A stretch of DNA of 64,000 nucleotides, from NCBI RefSeq assembly GCF_020745735.1, contig NC_083433.1, forward strand, positions 1,437,363-1,501,362, in the 5' to 3' direction. The translations under genes were made by a program, and so were the position numbers. The notes beneath the pieces are model-generated. The model made no database searches and had not been told where the DNA came from. It was given only the letters and a program-made list of their open reading frames with translations. Position 1 is the first letter of the stretch. The number at the start of each line of letters is the position of its first letter. This stretch comes from Hemiscyllium ocellatum. Lineage: Eukaryota. This document shows, one piece after another, positions 10,772-27,283 of this stretch.

Positions 10772-11929
10772 TTGATTAAGATAATTTAGGACTGAGATAA
10801 GAAAACATCTCTTCATTCAGAAGGTGGTCAAACACTGAAATCTGAAACCACAGAAAGCTGTGAGTACATTCCAGAGATTGATACATTTTTAGGTGTTAAA
10901 GGCATCAAGGGCTATGTGACATTGAGATAGAGGATCTGTTATAATCACATGGATTGGCAGAATATGCTCAAAGGGTTAAATGGCCTACTCCTGCTCCTCG
11001 TTTCTGACAAAAAGGATTTTGACATTAGTCAAAAAGTTGGTTTCCAATATAGGAAAATTCCAGGCACATGTACCACAACAGGCACTGGGTGACCAATACA
11101 GGAGCCAAGTGGTTTCAGGATCACTCTGAAACTTTCAGAATGTTTTATTGACTAAATCCTTTAGACAAAAGGTTCCAATTAACTTTACACAATTTAAAGA
11201 CTTTCTCATCTGGGTTTTATTGAGCTGAGGTAAACCACAACTAAAATCCTTTTTCACTTCCTCGATCACGTGTGCCTGGAGATGACTCTACCTTGTACAA
11301 TTTTCAGGTTCTGAAATGTTACCTTTTCTCTAAAATGTAAGCAAGTGAAAATGAGCAGGCATGAGCACAATGTAACTGACCTTCAAACAGAGTTTCAAGA
11401 TCATGAATTCTTCCCCCACAGATTAACAGGTTTGTGGAACAGACTTGGTGAAAGTAGTTAAAGGTGAATGAATTAACTCAATTAACTCAAAGCTCCACAA
11501 ATATTTTGGATTCAATATTAGAAAGAGAAACTAATGATCAAATACCCAGTGATGTGGAGTTTGTGCTGTGCAGTGCAGAGCATTCGGGGAATCTGGTTGA
11601 GGGTTCAGCATTTCAGGCAGGTCGATTCCAGTCCCAGAGATTCAGACTAGGCCTGTCATTTCCAGCAGGTCATCAGGTTCTGTCTTGATAATTAACTTTC
11701 TGAAAGAGAAACTTTGAGGCAAAGCCACCAGAGATTTTCAATTCCAGAACAGAATAAACAAATTAGATTTTTGGGATTGATTGCTAGAACTGAGCTGTCC
11801 CGATGCATTAGAACACAAATCAAACAGCACAATTCCAAGTAACATTGTCCTTCATTTAGGAATGGAGTCAGGAATTAGGATATCAGAGAGATCCAATTAA
11901 ACAGACAGAATGGATAGGTTCAAAGGGGT

Positions 11930-12227
11930 CAGACTGGGTGGGATATTAAAGGGATTGGGGAGTGAAGTGGGAGAGTGGGATTAGACTGGGTGGGATATTA
12001 AAGGGAGTGAGGAGTGAGGTGGCAAATGGGATTAGACTGGGTGGGATATTAAAGGGAGCGGGAAGCGAGTGGGGGAGAGTGGGATTAGACTGGATGGGAT
12101 ATTAAAGGAAGTGGGGAGTGAAGGGTGAGAGTGGGATTAGACTGGGTGAGACAATCAAATGGTGCGGGGAGTGGGGGATTAGACTGGGTGGGATATTTAA
12201 GGAAGTGGGGAATGAGGGGGAGAGTGG
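11930..12227. repeat. ~50-bp minisatellite (gagtgggattagactgggtgggatattaaagggagtggggagtgag), left part
   Basis: About 6 units. The array resumes at 14660-14980 beyond the Penelope element. Confidence 0.9.
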
Positions 12228-14600
12228 GAGGATGGTGCTGAGCTGGAATGTTGGAACTCGGGTAAGGTGTGGGGAGGGGAAATGAGGAAACTGGTGAGGT
12301 CCACATTGATGCCCTGGGGTTGAAGTGTTCGAGGTGGAAGATGAGGCGTTCTTCCTCCAGGCGTCGGGTGGTGAGGGAACTGCGCTGGAGGAGGCCCAGG
12401 ACCTGCATGTCCTCGGCAGAGTGGGAGGGGGAGTTGAAATGTTGGGCCACGGGGCGGTGTGGTTGATTGGTGCGAGTGTCCCAGATGTTCCCTAAAGCGC
12501 TCTGCTAGGAGGTGTCCAGTCTCCCCAATGGAGAGGAGACCGCATCGGGAGCAACGGATACAATAAATGACAAGTGTGGAAGTGCAGGTGAGACTCCATC
12601 CTTTGGGGCCTTGGATGGAGGTAAGGGGCAAGGTGCGGGCACAGGTTTTGCAATTCCTGCTGGGAGGGGAGGGTGGGTTGGTGGGGGCTGTGGATCTGAT
12701 GAGGTAATCGGGGAGAGAACAGTCTTTATGGAAAGTGGATTGGGGTGGTGGGGTCCGTTTGTAGGAGGCAGAAATCGTGGAGGATGATGTGATGCATACA
12801 GAGGTTGGTGGGGTGGAAGGTGAGGACCAGGGGTGTTCTGTCCTTGTTGCGGTTGGAGGGGTGGGGTTCGAGGGCAGAGTTGTGGGAAGTGGATAAGAGG
12901 CGCTGGAGGGCATCATCGACCATGTGGGAGGGGAAATTGTGGTCTTTAAAGAAGGATGCCATCTGGTGTGTTCTGTGGTGGAACTGGTCCTCCTGGGAGC
13001 AGATCCGGTGGAGGCAGAGGAATTGGGAATATGGGATGGCATTTTTGCAGGAGTCAGGGTGGGAGGTGGTGTTTGTAGAAAATGTCAGTCACCGTCAATG
13101 GAGATGGAGAGGTCCAGGAAGGGGAGAGAGGTGTCAGAGATAGTCCAGGTGAATTTAAGGTCAGGGTGGAAGTTGATGACCTGTTCAACCTCCTCGTGGG
13201 AGCACGAGGTGGCACCGATGCAGTCAGCAATGTAGCCGAGGAAGAGGTGGGGAGTGTGCTGGTGTAACTATGGAAGATCGACTGTTCCACGTAGCCGACA
13301 AAGAGACAGGCATAGCTGGGGCCCATGCCTAACCCTTTTCATCTGGAGGAAGTGGGAGGATTCGAAGGAGGCATTATTGAGGGTGAGCTGAAAATGTGTT
13401 GCTGGAAAAGCGCAGCAGGTCAGGCAGCATCCAAGGAGCAGGAGAATCGACGTTTCGGGCATGAGCCCTTCTTCAGGAAGCTCCTCCTGCTCTTTGGATG
13501 CTGCCTGACCTGCTGCGCTTTTCCAGCAACACATTTTCAGCTCTGATCTCCAGCATCTGCAGTCCTCACTTTCTCCTAGAACATTATTGAGGGTGAGCAC
13601 CACTTCAGCCAAACAAGTGAGAGTGTCGGTAGAAGGGTATTGTTGGGGAAGTCGGGAGAGGAAGAAATGGAGGGCTTGGAGGCCCTGGTCATAGTGGATG
13701 GAGGTGTAGAAGGATTGGATGTCCATGGTGAAGATGAGGTGATGGGGGCCGAAAAACAGAAGTCTTGGAGGTGGTGGAGGGTGTCAGTCATGTCCTGAAG
13801 GGAGTTCCTGGACCGGAGGGAAAGGACAGTATCAACGTAGATGGAGATGAGTTCGGTGGAGCAGGAGCAGGTTGAGATGATGGGTCAGCCATGGTGGTCA
13901 AGGCTTGTGGATCTTGGGTAGGAGGTACAGCTGGGTGTTGTGGGGTTCCTGAGCAATGAGCTGTGGGTGGGAGATCCCCTGAGGTGTTGAGGTTGTGAAT
14001 GGTCTGAGAGATGGTGGTTTGGTGATGGGAGGTGGGGTCATGGTTGAGGGGGCGGTAGGAGGAAGTGTGCTCGAGTACGCATCTGGCTTCAGCAGTGTAG
14101 AGGTCAGTGCGCCAAACTACCACTGCACCTCCTTTATCTGCTGGCTTGATGGTGAGGTTGGGATTGGAACAGAGGGAGTGGAGGGCTGCGCGTGATGAGG
14201 GTGAGAGGTTGGAGTGGGGGAAGGGGGTAGTCAGATTGAAGCGGTTAATGTCTCGGCGGCAGAAGGAAATAAAGAGGTTGAGAGCTGGTAATAGGCCAGC
14301 ACAGGGTGTCCAGGTGGATGGAGTGTGTTGGAGGTGAGTGAAGGAGTCCTCGGAAGGTGGGCGGGAATCTTGATGGAAAACATAAACTCGGAGGCGACGG
14401 AAGAATGTTCGAGGTCACAACACATGTTGAATTTGTTGATCTGGGAGCGGAGGGGGATGAAGGTAAGGCCTTTGCTGAGGACTGATTGTTGGCCCTCAGT
14501 GAGGGGCAGGTCAGGGGGGATGGTGAAAACACGGCAGGGCTGGGAGCTAGAACCTGGAGTGGGGCTGGAGCAGGGAATGGGGGCAGAGACTGTCACTGGA
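12228..14600 (-). mobile_element. Penelope-like retroelement (RT + GIY-YIG endonuclease), decayed
   Basis: Minus-strand ORF pieces: VLSKGLTFIP, MDIQSFYTSI, MGPSYACLFVGYVEQ (RT), VIYCIRCSRCGLLSIGETG...RFREH (GIY-YIG), AQHFN...RRLEEERLIF. Many frameshifts. Confidence 0.9.
13389..13581. mobile_element. Family A hammerhead hairpin nested inside the Penelope RT region
   Basis: TSD cattattgagggtgagc (13372-13388 / 13582-13598). Minus-strand hammerhead core intact at 13445-13480; the second hammerhead is deleted. Confidence 0.9.
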
Positions 14601-14659
14601 GGAGGTGTGGCATTGGGGGACAGGGGGTGACATCAGTTACAGAAGGGTGTGAGGCATGA

Positions 14660-14980
14660 GGGGGAAAATGGGATTAGATGGAGTGGGGAGTGAAGGGAGA
14701 GTGGGATTAGGCTGGGTGGGATATTAAAGGGAGCGGGAAGTGAGGGGGAGTGTGTGATTAAATTGCATGGGATATTCAGGGAACGGGGAGTGAAGTGAGA
14801 GTGGGATATTAAAGGGTGTTGGGAGTGAGGGGAGAGAGCGGGATTAGACTGGGTGGGTTATTAAAGGGAGTGGGGAGTGAGGGGGGGAGAGTGGGATTAG
14901 ACTGGGTGGGATATTAAAGGGAGTGGGGAGTGAGGGGGAGAGTGGGATTAGACTGGGTGGGATATTAAAGGTAGTGGGGA
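14660..14980. repeat. ~50-bp minisatellite, right part
   Basis: Same unit as 11930-12227. Confidence 0.9.
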
Positions 14981-15126
14981 GTTTGCAGAAATTTGGGAAT
15001 ATTGCCGAGTTTGGAGCCAGTGAGCTGGTCTGAGCCAGTATTGTCCGGGTTTAAACCCCAGTTAGTCATTAATGCAGGAATTTATAAACAAGACTGGTGT
15101 CAGTGACTGCCCAGAGAGCCCGTCTC

Positions 15127-15133
15127 TATAAAA
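15127..15133 (+). promoter_or_regulatory. TATA box of DHDH
   Basis: TATAAAA about 90 bp upstream of the ATG. Confidence 0.6.
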
Positions 15134-15220
15134 ACCCGGAGCAGCAGCTCCACAGACAGACCCTTCGGCCCCAGGGACAGGGACAGAGACAGAGACAGAG
15201 ACAGAGACAGGGACAGGGTG

Positions 15221-18200
15221 ATGGCCACGCGCTGGGGAATCTGTGGAGCAGGCAAGATCAGCCATGACTTCATGGTGGCGTTGAAAACCCTCCCTGCATC
15301 AGAACATCAGGTACAAGAGGAGGGAGAGGAGGAGATGGAGAGAGAGGGGAGAAGAGAGGGTGGGGTGGGGTGGGGGAGAGAGCAGGAGGGAGAGAGAGAG
15401 AGGCCAGGAGAGCACGGGCAGGAGAGAGCAGGCAGGAGAGAAAAAGGGGAAGGGGGAGAGAGAGTTAGAGGGAGGAAGATGGTGAGAGGGAGATGGAGGG
15501 AGGGGGAGGGAGATGGAGGGAGGTGGAGATGGAGGGAGGGGGAGAGAGGGAGATGGAGATGGAAATTGTGAAAGTGGAGAGAGGAGAGGGAGGTGGAGAG
15601 AGGAGAGGGAGAAAGAGAGGGAAGAGATAATGAAAGGAAATAGTGAAAGGAGAGAGGGGAATGGAAAGACATTGATAGCAAAAGGGAGAGATAGAGGGAA
15701 GATCGTGAAGGAGAGAGGGAATGTGTAAATGGATGAGAGATATTTTTAAAGGGAAGCAGAGAGAGGGAGTGAGAGAGATGGAAAGATAGAGAAGAATAGA
15801 GAGAGAGGGATTGGGAAAGAGAAGGATAAAAAAGACAGAGGGCGAGAGCCAAGCAGGAGGAGAGATGAAGGGATGAGGGATAGAGAGGGGATTAGATAGA
15901 CATTTGGAGGGCTGATAGAGGGAGTGAGAGAGTGGTGGGAGGAGAGAGAGGGGAGACAGGGAGGGAGAAAATGAATGTGTGAGGGTGAAGAGTAAAGCAA
16001 GAGAGGGGGTAAAAGGGAGAGGTTAAGGAGGAGAGAGAGAGAGAGAGACAGGGAGACAGGAGGAGGGAGGGATGGGGAGACCCAGGGGTGGACTGGATGC
16101 TGGAGGGAGTGAGTTGGGGGGCAGTGGGGAGTGTCTGGGGGGTGGGGTGGGGTTATGTGTGGAGATTGAGGGTGAGGGGTGGGGGTTCAGTAGCTGCTGT
16201 AACCCTGCCCTGCCCCCTCCCTCCGCCCCCAGCCCAAGACCTGACCCTCTCTCTCTCTGTGTCTCTCTCTCTCTCTGTTTGTCTGTCTGTGTTTCTCAGG
16301 TGGCGGCTGTTGCCTCCCGGGATTCCTCCCGGGCCCGGGAATTCGCAGAGCGACATGAAATCCCCAAATCATACGGTTCATACAGAGAGCTGGCAGCTGA
16401 TCCCGATGTCGGTGAGATTCCCAGGATTGGGGCTGTTCCAAGGCACGGGGAGGGAGAGGGCAGGAATCTCGGGATGTGTCCTCCCTTGGTAGCTGGTGAC
16501 CTTTACTTCCAATAAACACCATCCCAACAGGCAGCAGATAACTAACAAAGTAACTAACATCATCCCTATAGGCAGCAGCTAACTAACTAACTAACATCCC
16601 TACAGGCAGCAGATAACTAACAAAGTAACTAACATCATCCCTTTAGGCAGCAGCTAACTAACAAATGCCAATTGTTGTAAAAACCCAGCTGTCCTTACCT
16701 GGTCTGACCTACATGTAACTCCAGAACCACAGCAATGTGACTGACTCTTAACAAATCCCACAAACAAAATAAGTGTGTGAAAATAATTGTTTGACAGTAA
16801 CAGCAAGGCTCTCCACTTGACTGGAACAGCGAGAGTGAGAGTAAGAATGCGTACCAGTAACAGAGTGCGACACTAACTGCATTTATCACTTGGTTGTCAG
16901 ACATTGTCTACGTGGGAATCATTAACCCAGAGCACCTGAAGGTGGCTTTGCTCATGTTGGCGGCTGGAAGGAATGTTCTCTGTGAGAAACCCTTGGCCAT
17001 GAACCTGCATGAAGTCCAACAGCTGGTCAGTGCAGCCCGAGACAAGAACCTTTTTCTCATGGAGGTGAGTTCAGGCCCTGCACCTCACTCGAGAGAACAC
17101 ACAGATCAAATGAAATGAACAAAATAAAATCTCAGGGACCCAGCATCTGTTTCCGATGCACTGAACTGACAAACATAGGTAAAGCTTCCTCTACATTGTC
17201 CCCATCAAACAGTCCCAGGACAAGGACAGCACGAGGTTAGATGCAGAGTAAGGCTCCCTCTGCACTGTCCCCCCATCAAACACTCTCAGGACAGGGACAG
17301 CACAGGGTCAGATACAGAGTAAAGCTCCCTCTACACTGCCCCTATCAAATCCTCTCAGGGCAGGGATAGCACAGAGTTAGATACAGAGTAAAACTCAAAG
17401 GACGCAAGAACATGTAAATACATGAATGTATTCCTTAACCCTACTCTATTTTAAGATAATTATGGCTGATCTTAGATTTTACAAATGCACTGTGCCCTCC
17501 CTGTATCCCATGATTCCCTGAGAGATTAAACCCATGCTTTATGTGTGAAGGCTGCTGGTGATAATCCCTGATCAGTCAGGTCCTGAGTGAACTCTGGTTT
17601 GACAAATCATATCTTTAATTTTTTGTAATTGGTTGACATTCAGTTAGTCAGCAAAATGTTCAAACAAGGCTGCAAATGTTCTTTAACAATAAAAATGTTT
17701 ATTCCACAAAACACTAAGCAAATTCAGCTATATACATAGAACATTACAGTGCAGTACAGGCCCTTCGGCCCTCGATGCTGCACCAACCCCTGGAACCAAT
17801 CTGAAAACTATCTATCCTACACTATTCCATTTTCATTAATATGTTTAATCCAATGATCATTTAAATGCCCTTAAAGTTGGCGAGTCTACTACTGTTGCAA
17901 ACAGGGCACTCCACACCGCTACTACTCTCTGCAACCTCCTCCTTGGCTTCCCAAAGAACCCTATGTTAAATTCCATCCAGCCCAGGGGACTTACCTATTT
18001 TCACACTTTCCAGAATTGCTAACACCTCCTCCTTGTGAAACCTCTCTAGGCTAGTAGCCTATATCTCAGTATTCTCCTCAACAACATTGTCTTTTTCCAG
18101 TGTGAATACTGACGAAAAATATTTATTTAGCGTCTCCCCTATCTGCTCTAACTCTATGCACAACTTCCGCTACTATCCTTGATTGGCCCTAATCTTTCTC

Positions 18201-21200
18201 TAGTCATTCTTTTATTTCTGATAATCCTATAGAAAGCTTTAGGGTTTTCCTTGATCCTATCCAACAATGACTTCTCATGTCCACTCCTTGATCTTCTTAG
18301 CTCTCTCTTTAGGTCTTTTCTGGCTAACTTGTAACTCTCAAATGCCCTGAGTCTTCATGTCTCACCCTAACATAAGCCTGTTTCATCCGGTTTCCCAACA
18401 CCATTCATTATAGAGAATCAACCCAGAGTATTATCACTTCCATCTCAGTTTTTAAAAATCTTTATCTGACACTTTCCAGTTACATTACCTTGAACTGCTC
18501 AGATCATTTTTTAAAAAAAGTCGTTTCCAAGTCTCTGGCATGAACCTCTCACAACTGTGATGGCCTAAACTTTTAAAATTATAATGACTTCAAGATTTCT
18601 ATCCCAACTTTCTTAGCTTGAAAGCTTTGTAAACTAGAAAATGCTTCTGTTGAAGTGAGTCATTTACCTGAACTGAGTTGATTCCCTTGCTAGCGGAAAC
18701 TGTTTCACCTTCTGAAGTGAACTCCAGATTTGTCTGAACTAAAACTTCAACCTGTTCTGATGTCAAAACCAAAATTATTTCTTTAATGTGTTTACTCTGC
18801 CTGTCATAAAATCAACAGCATTTTTTGCATTAACACTCCCAGGAGTCCTCCCAGGCACTCTGTTGCAGTCCTTCATGGAACTGGATCTATTTAGGTCATT
18901 GTTCCAAATTTACTTTCTGATCTTTTCAAAAATAATCCTTCATAGAACTTTACATCCATATCCATCTCCCTCTATTTGGATATTCAAATTCCAAAAATAA
19001 TATATTATACCCACTTACCACACAAATATATTCAATAATAGAGCACCCACAATTATCTTGGACAGAACATTTTGAAAATACATTACATTTTAATCAAATG
19101 TTTCTCTGCACATCAGTGTTAAATGATTGACCCCTTGTTCTAGGTCCCCCAGCTAAGGAGAGACACTGTCTCAGTACCTTTTCTAGCCTGTTCAGAATCT
19201 TGAAACCCTTGCAATGAAGGCCACATACCATGTGCTTTCCCAATTGTTTGCTGTATATGCACACTAACCTTTTGTCTTCATTGTATTACTAATGTCAGAT
19301 TTTTTGGAACATCATCATTTACAAGTTTCACATTTAAAAGATACTCTCACACTTCCTCAAATTATATGCCATTTGCTATCTTGTTGACCACTTACTTAAC
19401 CTGCCTATATTTTTTACAGCCTGTTTTCTTCTCAACCTTGATTCCCAACCATCTCAGCATGTCAGCAAACATAGATATATTACTCTGCCTTTTCATCCTG
19501 GCTATTAATATGGATTATAAAGAGCAGAGTCCTCAGTACTGATTGTTGCAGCTCTCCACCAGCTGCAGCCTGTCATCTTGAATGCCTTATTTATACCAGT
19601 TCCTGCACCTTAACCAATTCTACATCTATGCTAATACATTAGCCCCAACTCCATGAGTTCTTATCATGTGTTTTAACTTTTGTATATCACCATGTTGAAT
19701 GCCTTGTAGCGATCCAAGCAGACTACATCAACTGGCTCCCCTTTATCAATCCCGCCAGTTACCTCCTCAGAACTCTAATATGAATGTTTTTAAAGCAAAT
19801 TGCCTTATTCTAATTACTGTATACCATGTTTTACTCATTACACTAAGACTTTCTTAATAATGTTCAGTTTTTTCCCAATGATTGGCATGAGGAGTTTTTT
19901 TCCTACCTTTCTTGAATATATTAAAGCTAAGTACCATGTTTTCATTGGTTTTTGTCAACATTCCTAAATTTGTGAAATATTTGTGCATATTGAAATCCCA
20001 CATTGAGATAAATCATCCATTTTGATGGTGCTGCTTGAGAGGGCAATATTGGAAACTGGGAGAATGCTTCACTATTGAAGGAGACTTGGGATCTGAGCTG
20101 AAAGAATGGATTATCTGGGATACTGATCTTTCAGCAGTATAACACTCCCTTAGTACTGCACTGAAGGACCAGCCAAAACCAGGCGAGACGGACACCCCAA
20201 CTTCCAAAACAGCAAAAGCAGCTCACTACCACCTTGTTGAAAATTACTGGTGTCACTTAGTTACTGGCTGTACTAACAACAGTTGTTTTGGTTTAACTCA
20301 TCCTCGAAATGTAAGAACAGTGGCAAGGCTTGCACTTACTGCCAGACCATAAACAAACTATGTCAGTGGGATCTGAATCTTCAATCCCGCTTATGGTTTT
20401 GATAGTGAACAGCTTTAAGTATAGAATTCTGCTGGGTTTATACGTAATTGTTTTGTATTCTTAGGGAGTGTGCTAATTTCAGGGGAGAATGTTGGTTCTG
20501 GGAAGGAGGAATGCCCAGAAATGAGTTGATTGTGAAAATGTGCCAGACATTAAGAGCAAGCTGACTTTTGGTTTTGTGTTTTTAAAGGGTTTATGGACAC
20601 GGTTTTTCCCGGTCTCTAAGGCAATCCGTGCTCTGCTAAAAGAGAACAGTGTGGGCGAGATTAAAATAGTTAAAGCAGAGTTTGGAACGCAAATGATGGA
20701 AACTCCACGGCTGGTGGAGAAAGAATTGGGTGGCGGAGTACTTCTGGACATTGGCTGTTACTGCTTGCAGTTTGTCTGCATGGCATTCCATGGTGAAAAG
20801 CCTGAGTCAATTCATGCCACAGGATTCCTAACTGAGAAGGGCAAGTAGCAATTGTATTGGAGACAAGTGATACTCTCACCCCAGTTCAAAGTGTCCCATC
20901 TCTACTTTACACCCATGAGCCACAATCATCTGTTGCTTCCTGACCAGGTTCTTTCTCATATCTCCACAGGAGTTGATGAAGCAGTAACCATTGTGCTGAA
21001 GTACCCCCGAAAACGAATGGCTATGGTAACTGTATCCATGGCAATACAGCTCACTAACCAGGCAACCATCTGTGGGACAAAAGGGACAATCACAGTAAGT
21101 TTCCCTTCTGTCCTTGTATATGCAGAACCCCTTCAATCTGCTTTTACTGCTGGGTCCTGTGGTATACAACTATGTGGAGCCAGTCAGTTTTTGCTCACCA

Positions 21201-22242
21201 TCTCCAGGGTCCCAGCACCTGCACATCCAAGAATGCCACAATTTGATTTCACCCAGCAGTGGCTCACACCCAGCAATGCTCAATAACTCTGGACAGTTCC
21301 AGACACCCATACCCTGGCAGGTGCTCATTCTTCACATGGCATAAGTAAGTCATCTAGCACCTCTTCCCACCCCCTACAGTTACTGATTATTGGGTCTCAT
21401 ACCAATACCAGTGACTGGTGAATGCAAACATGTGACATTCTCCAAAATAAACACACAAGTAACAGCTGAAATCAAGTTGAGATAAGACTGCTGCACTTTG
21501 GATGCTGCCTGAACTGCTGTGCTCTTCCAGCACCACTAATCCAGAATCTGGTTTTCAGCATCTGCAGTTATTGTTTTTAATCCTTGAGATAAGACTGGTT
21601 GTTTTGTGACATGTCTTTTCCCATCAAGGTTCCAGGCTATATGTGGTGCCCAACAAGTCTGGTGGTGAATGGGAAGGTCCAGGAGTTCCCACTGCCACCT
21701 CCATCTCAACCTCTCAACTTCACAAACAGCACAGGCCTGCGTTATGAAGCTGACCAAGTGAGGCAATGTCTTCAGAAAGGTAACTCCTGTAAGAAATGAT
21801 GCAGTGACCCCATTACTGACCTCTAGGCCATAATAGTACTTAATTAATGCAGTTTAATAATATCTATCAGCAATGTGGAAAAGGTTTCACGGCATATATT
21901 CCTGAAGATTTGAGTTCCCTCTCACAGGTTTGGTGTCCGAGGGGATTGCAGTACAAACAGAATGGGTCTTTGTTACTGATCTGGTCAACACAGCTTAGTT
22001 AGAGAATTACCTAATTGGAAAATTCAAATACTGTTTACTGGGATTGCAGTGATTTTAGTGAACTCGGGAAGGAACCTACTGCTATTTTAACTTGTGGTTT
22101 AATTGCAGGGCTAAAGGAGTGTCCTGAGTTGCCACTGGCTGAAAGTGAGCTGATAATGAGCATTCTGGATGAGGCACGAAGGCAGCTGGGGGTAGTGTAC
22201 GCTCAAGACAGCCTGAAGCAAGAAAAACTCCTGATTGTGTGA
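15221..22242 (+). CDS. DHDH: Trans-1,2-dihydrobenzene-1,2-diol dehydrogenase (Gfo/Idh/MocA family), 342 aa
   Basis: Exons 15221-15310, 16300-16411, 16901-17064, 20588-20840, 20970-21094, 21629-21779, 22109-22242 sum to 1029 nt with consistent phases. Motifs [46 protein letters not shown]. Intron 4 has a GC donor. AATAAA at 22363 and 22705. Confidence 0.95.
16520..16665. repeat. Short tandem repeat (catccctataggcagcagataactaacaaagtaactaa) in DHDH intron 2
   Basis: About 4 units rich in ACTAAC. Confidence 0.85.
17178..17395. repeat. Dispersed ~67-bp tandem repeat (same family as 1160-1515)
   Basis: About 3 units in DHDH intron 3. Confidence 0.85.
17735..18375 (-). mobile_element. CR1-type LINE fragments in DHDH intron 3
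   Basis: Reverse-complement CR1 tail (catagaacattacagtgcagtacaggcccttcggccc) joined to an internal ORF2 piece. Confidence 0.7.
21491..21583. mobile_element. Truncated family A Penelope terminal fragment near the DHDH exon 6 acceptor
   Basis: ggatgctgcctgaactgctgtgctcttccagcacc...cagcatctgcag; 14-bp TSD ttgagataagactg (21477-21490 / 21584-21597). Confidence 0.8.
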
Positions 22243-22866
22243 ATGATGTGAAAATACTAATTCATCCACAACTACTGAAAGCTTTTAAAAAGCCCACAAT
22301 TAGACACTTACTGGTCACTGCTGCACCAAGAATCTGCGAACCTGCCAGTGAAATATACCTCCAATAAATTATAGCATTAATCGCTGAACATTGTACAGCA
22401 GTGCCAGCCATCCCTGTACGTGGGGCAAAGCATCAGCTAGCCCTATGCACCCTGGTTGAACCCCTCTCCCAACAGCCTGTACTTCCAGTGGAGAAACAGT
22501 GCAACCAGAGTAGAGAAACTTATGATTAACTCAGCACCATCAGATGAAAAAAAATTACTTTGAAACTCAACATCATTGAACTCTCAAACCAACTAACTCA
22601 GCCACAACTGGGTACACTATTTAGTGACAATGCCTGGGAAGTTAATATGGCTGTCCAGTGCAGTATAACCGCACCACACAAATCAAAGATTGAATTCATT
22701 GCAAAATAAAATCTGGTACAAACCTTTGGGTATCATGCTGATTTGACTCAGTAAAGAGGCCTAGAAATTCTTATATCACGATCAACATCTTAGAAAAATA
22801 AACATGACACTTTCAGGCAATAGGATTTGTCCACATACTTTATTGCAACTGATTCATTTCAATCAT

Positions 22867-26457
<3,591 letters not shown>

Positions 26458-26469
26458 CTCGCGCCTCAA

Positions 26470-26595
26470 TCCGGGGGAAAAGGCCGAGCCGCCGCCGCCA
26501 CGGGGTTTCTTATAGAGCGCCGCACGGCCGGAAGTGACTCCGCGTCAACGACAGGATGTGACGTCGCTGCACGGCGGCAGTGAACGCCATTCTCC
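26470..26595 (-). promoter_or_regulatory. RPS11 CpG-island promoter with 5'TOP tract, TATA-like box, ETS/GABP, CRE-like and YY1-like sites
   Basis: Minus strand CCTTTTCCCCC (26483-26473) and TATAAGAAA (26514-26506, ~30 bp upstream); CCGGAAGT ~26528; GTGACGTC ~26558; CGCCATT ~26585. Confidence 0.8.
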
Positions 26596-26812
26596 GTGTC
26601 CGCCGGCGCCAGGCCCCGGAGCAGTTCAGTACCGAGAGGGAGAGAGGGCCCGAGGAGCGGGAATACAGGCCCCTCAGGGATTGCTGATGGTCCTGCCCCT
26701 CGGACGCTGCCTGAGCTGCTGTGCTTTCCCAGCACCACCCTGACCCCCGCCCGCCAGAGCGACCCCCTCACACTAGCTCCATGTCAGGACAGTGTCCCCA
26801 GCACAGGACCTG

Positions 26813-27283
26813 CATAACTCACACTGGGTTCACAATGATCCATAACTCACACTGGGTTCACAATGATCCATAACTCACACTGGGTTCACAATGATCCATA
26901 ACTCACACTGGCTTCACAATGATCCATAACTCACACTGGCTTCACAATGATCCATAACTCACACTGGCTTCACAATGATCCATAACTCACACTGGGTTCA
27001 TAATGATCCATAACTCACACTGGGTTCACAATGATCCATAACTCACACTGGGTTCACAATGATCCATAATGATCCATAACTCACACTGGGTTCACAATGA
27101 TCCATAATGATCCATAACTCACACTGGGTTCACAATGATCCATAACTCACACTGGGTTCACAATGATCCATAACTCACACTGGCTTCATAATGATCCATA
27201 ACTCACACTGGGTTCACAATGATCCATAACTCACACTGGGTTCACAATGATCCATAACTCACACTGGGTTCACAATGATCCAT
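26813..27283. repeat. 28-bp minisatellite (cataactcacactgggttcacaatgatc), ~16 near-identical copies
   Basis: Direct reading; includes two 10-bp partial-unit duplications. Confidence 0.95.

Noticed and set aside
26813-27283. CRISPR-like regular repeat (also 35816-35996)
   Set aside because: Units are contiguous with no unique spacers, and the context is eukaryotic.
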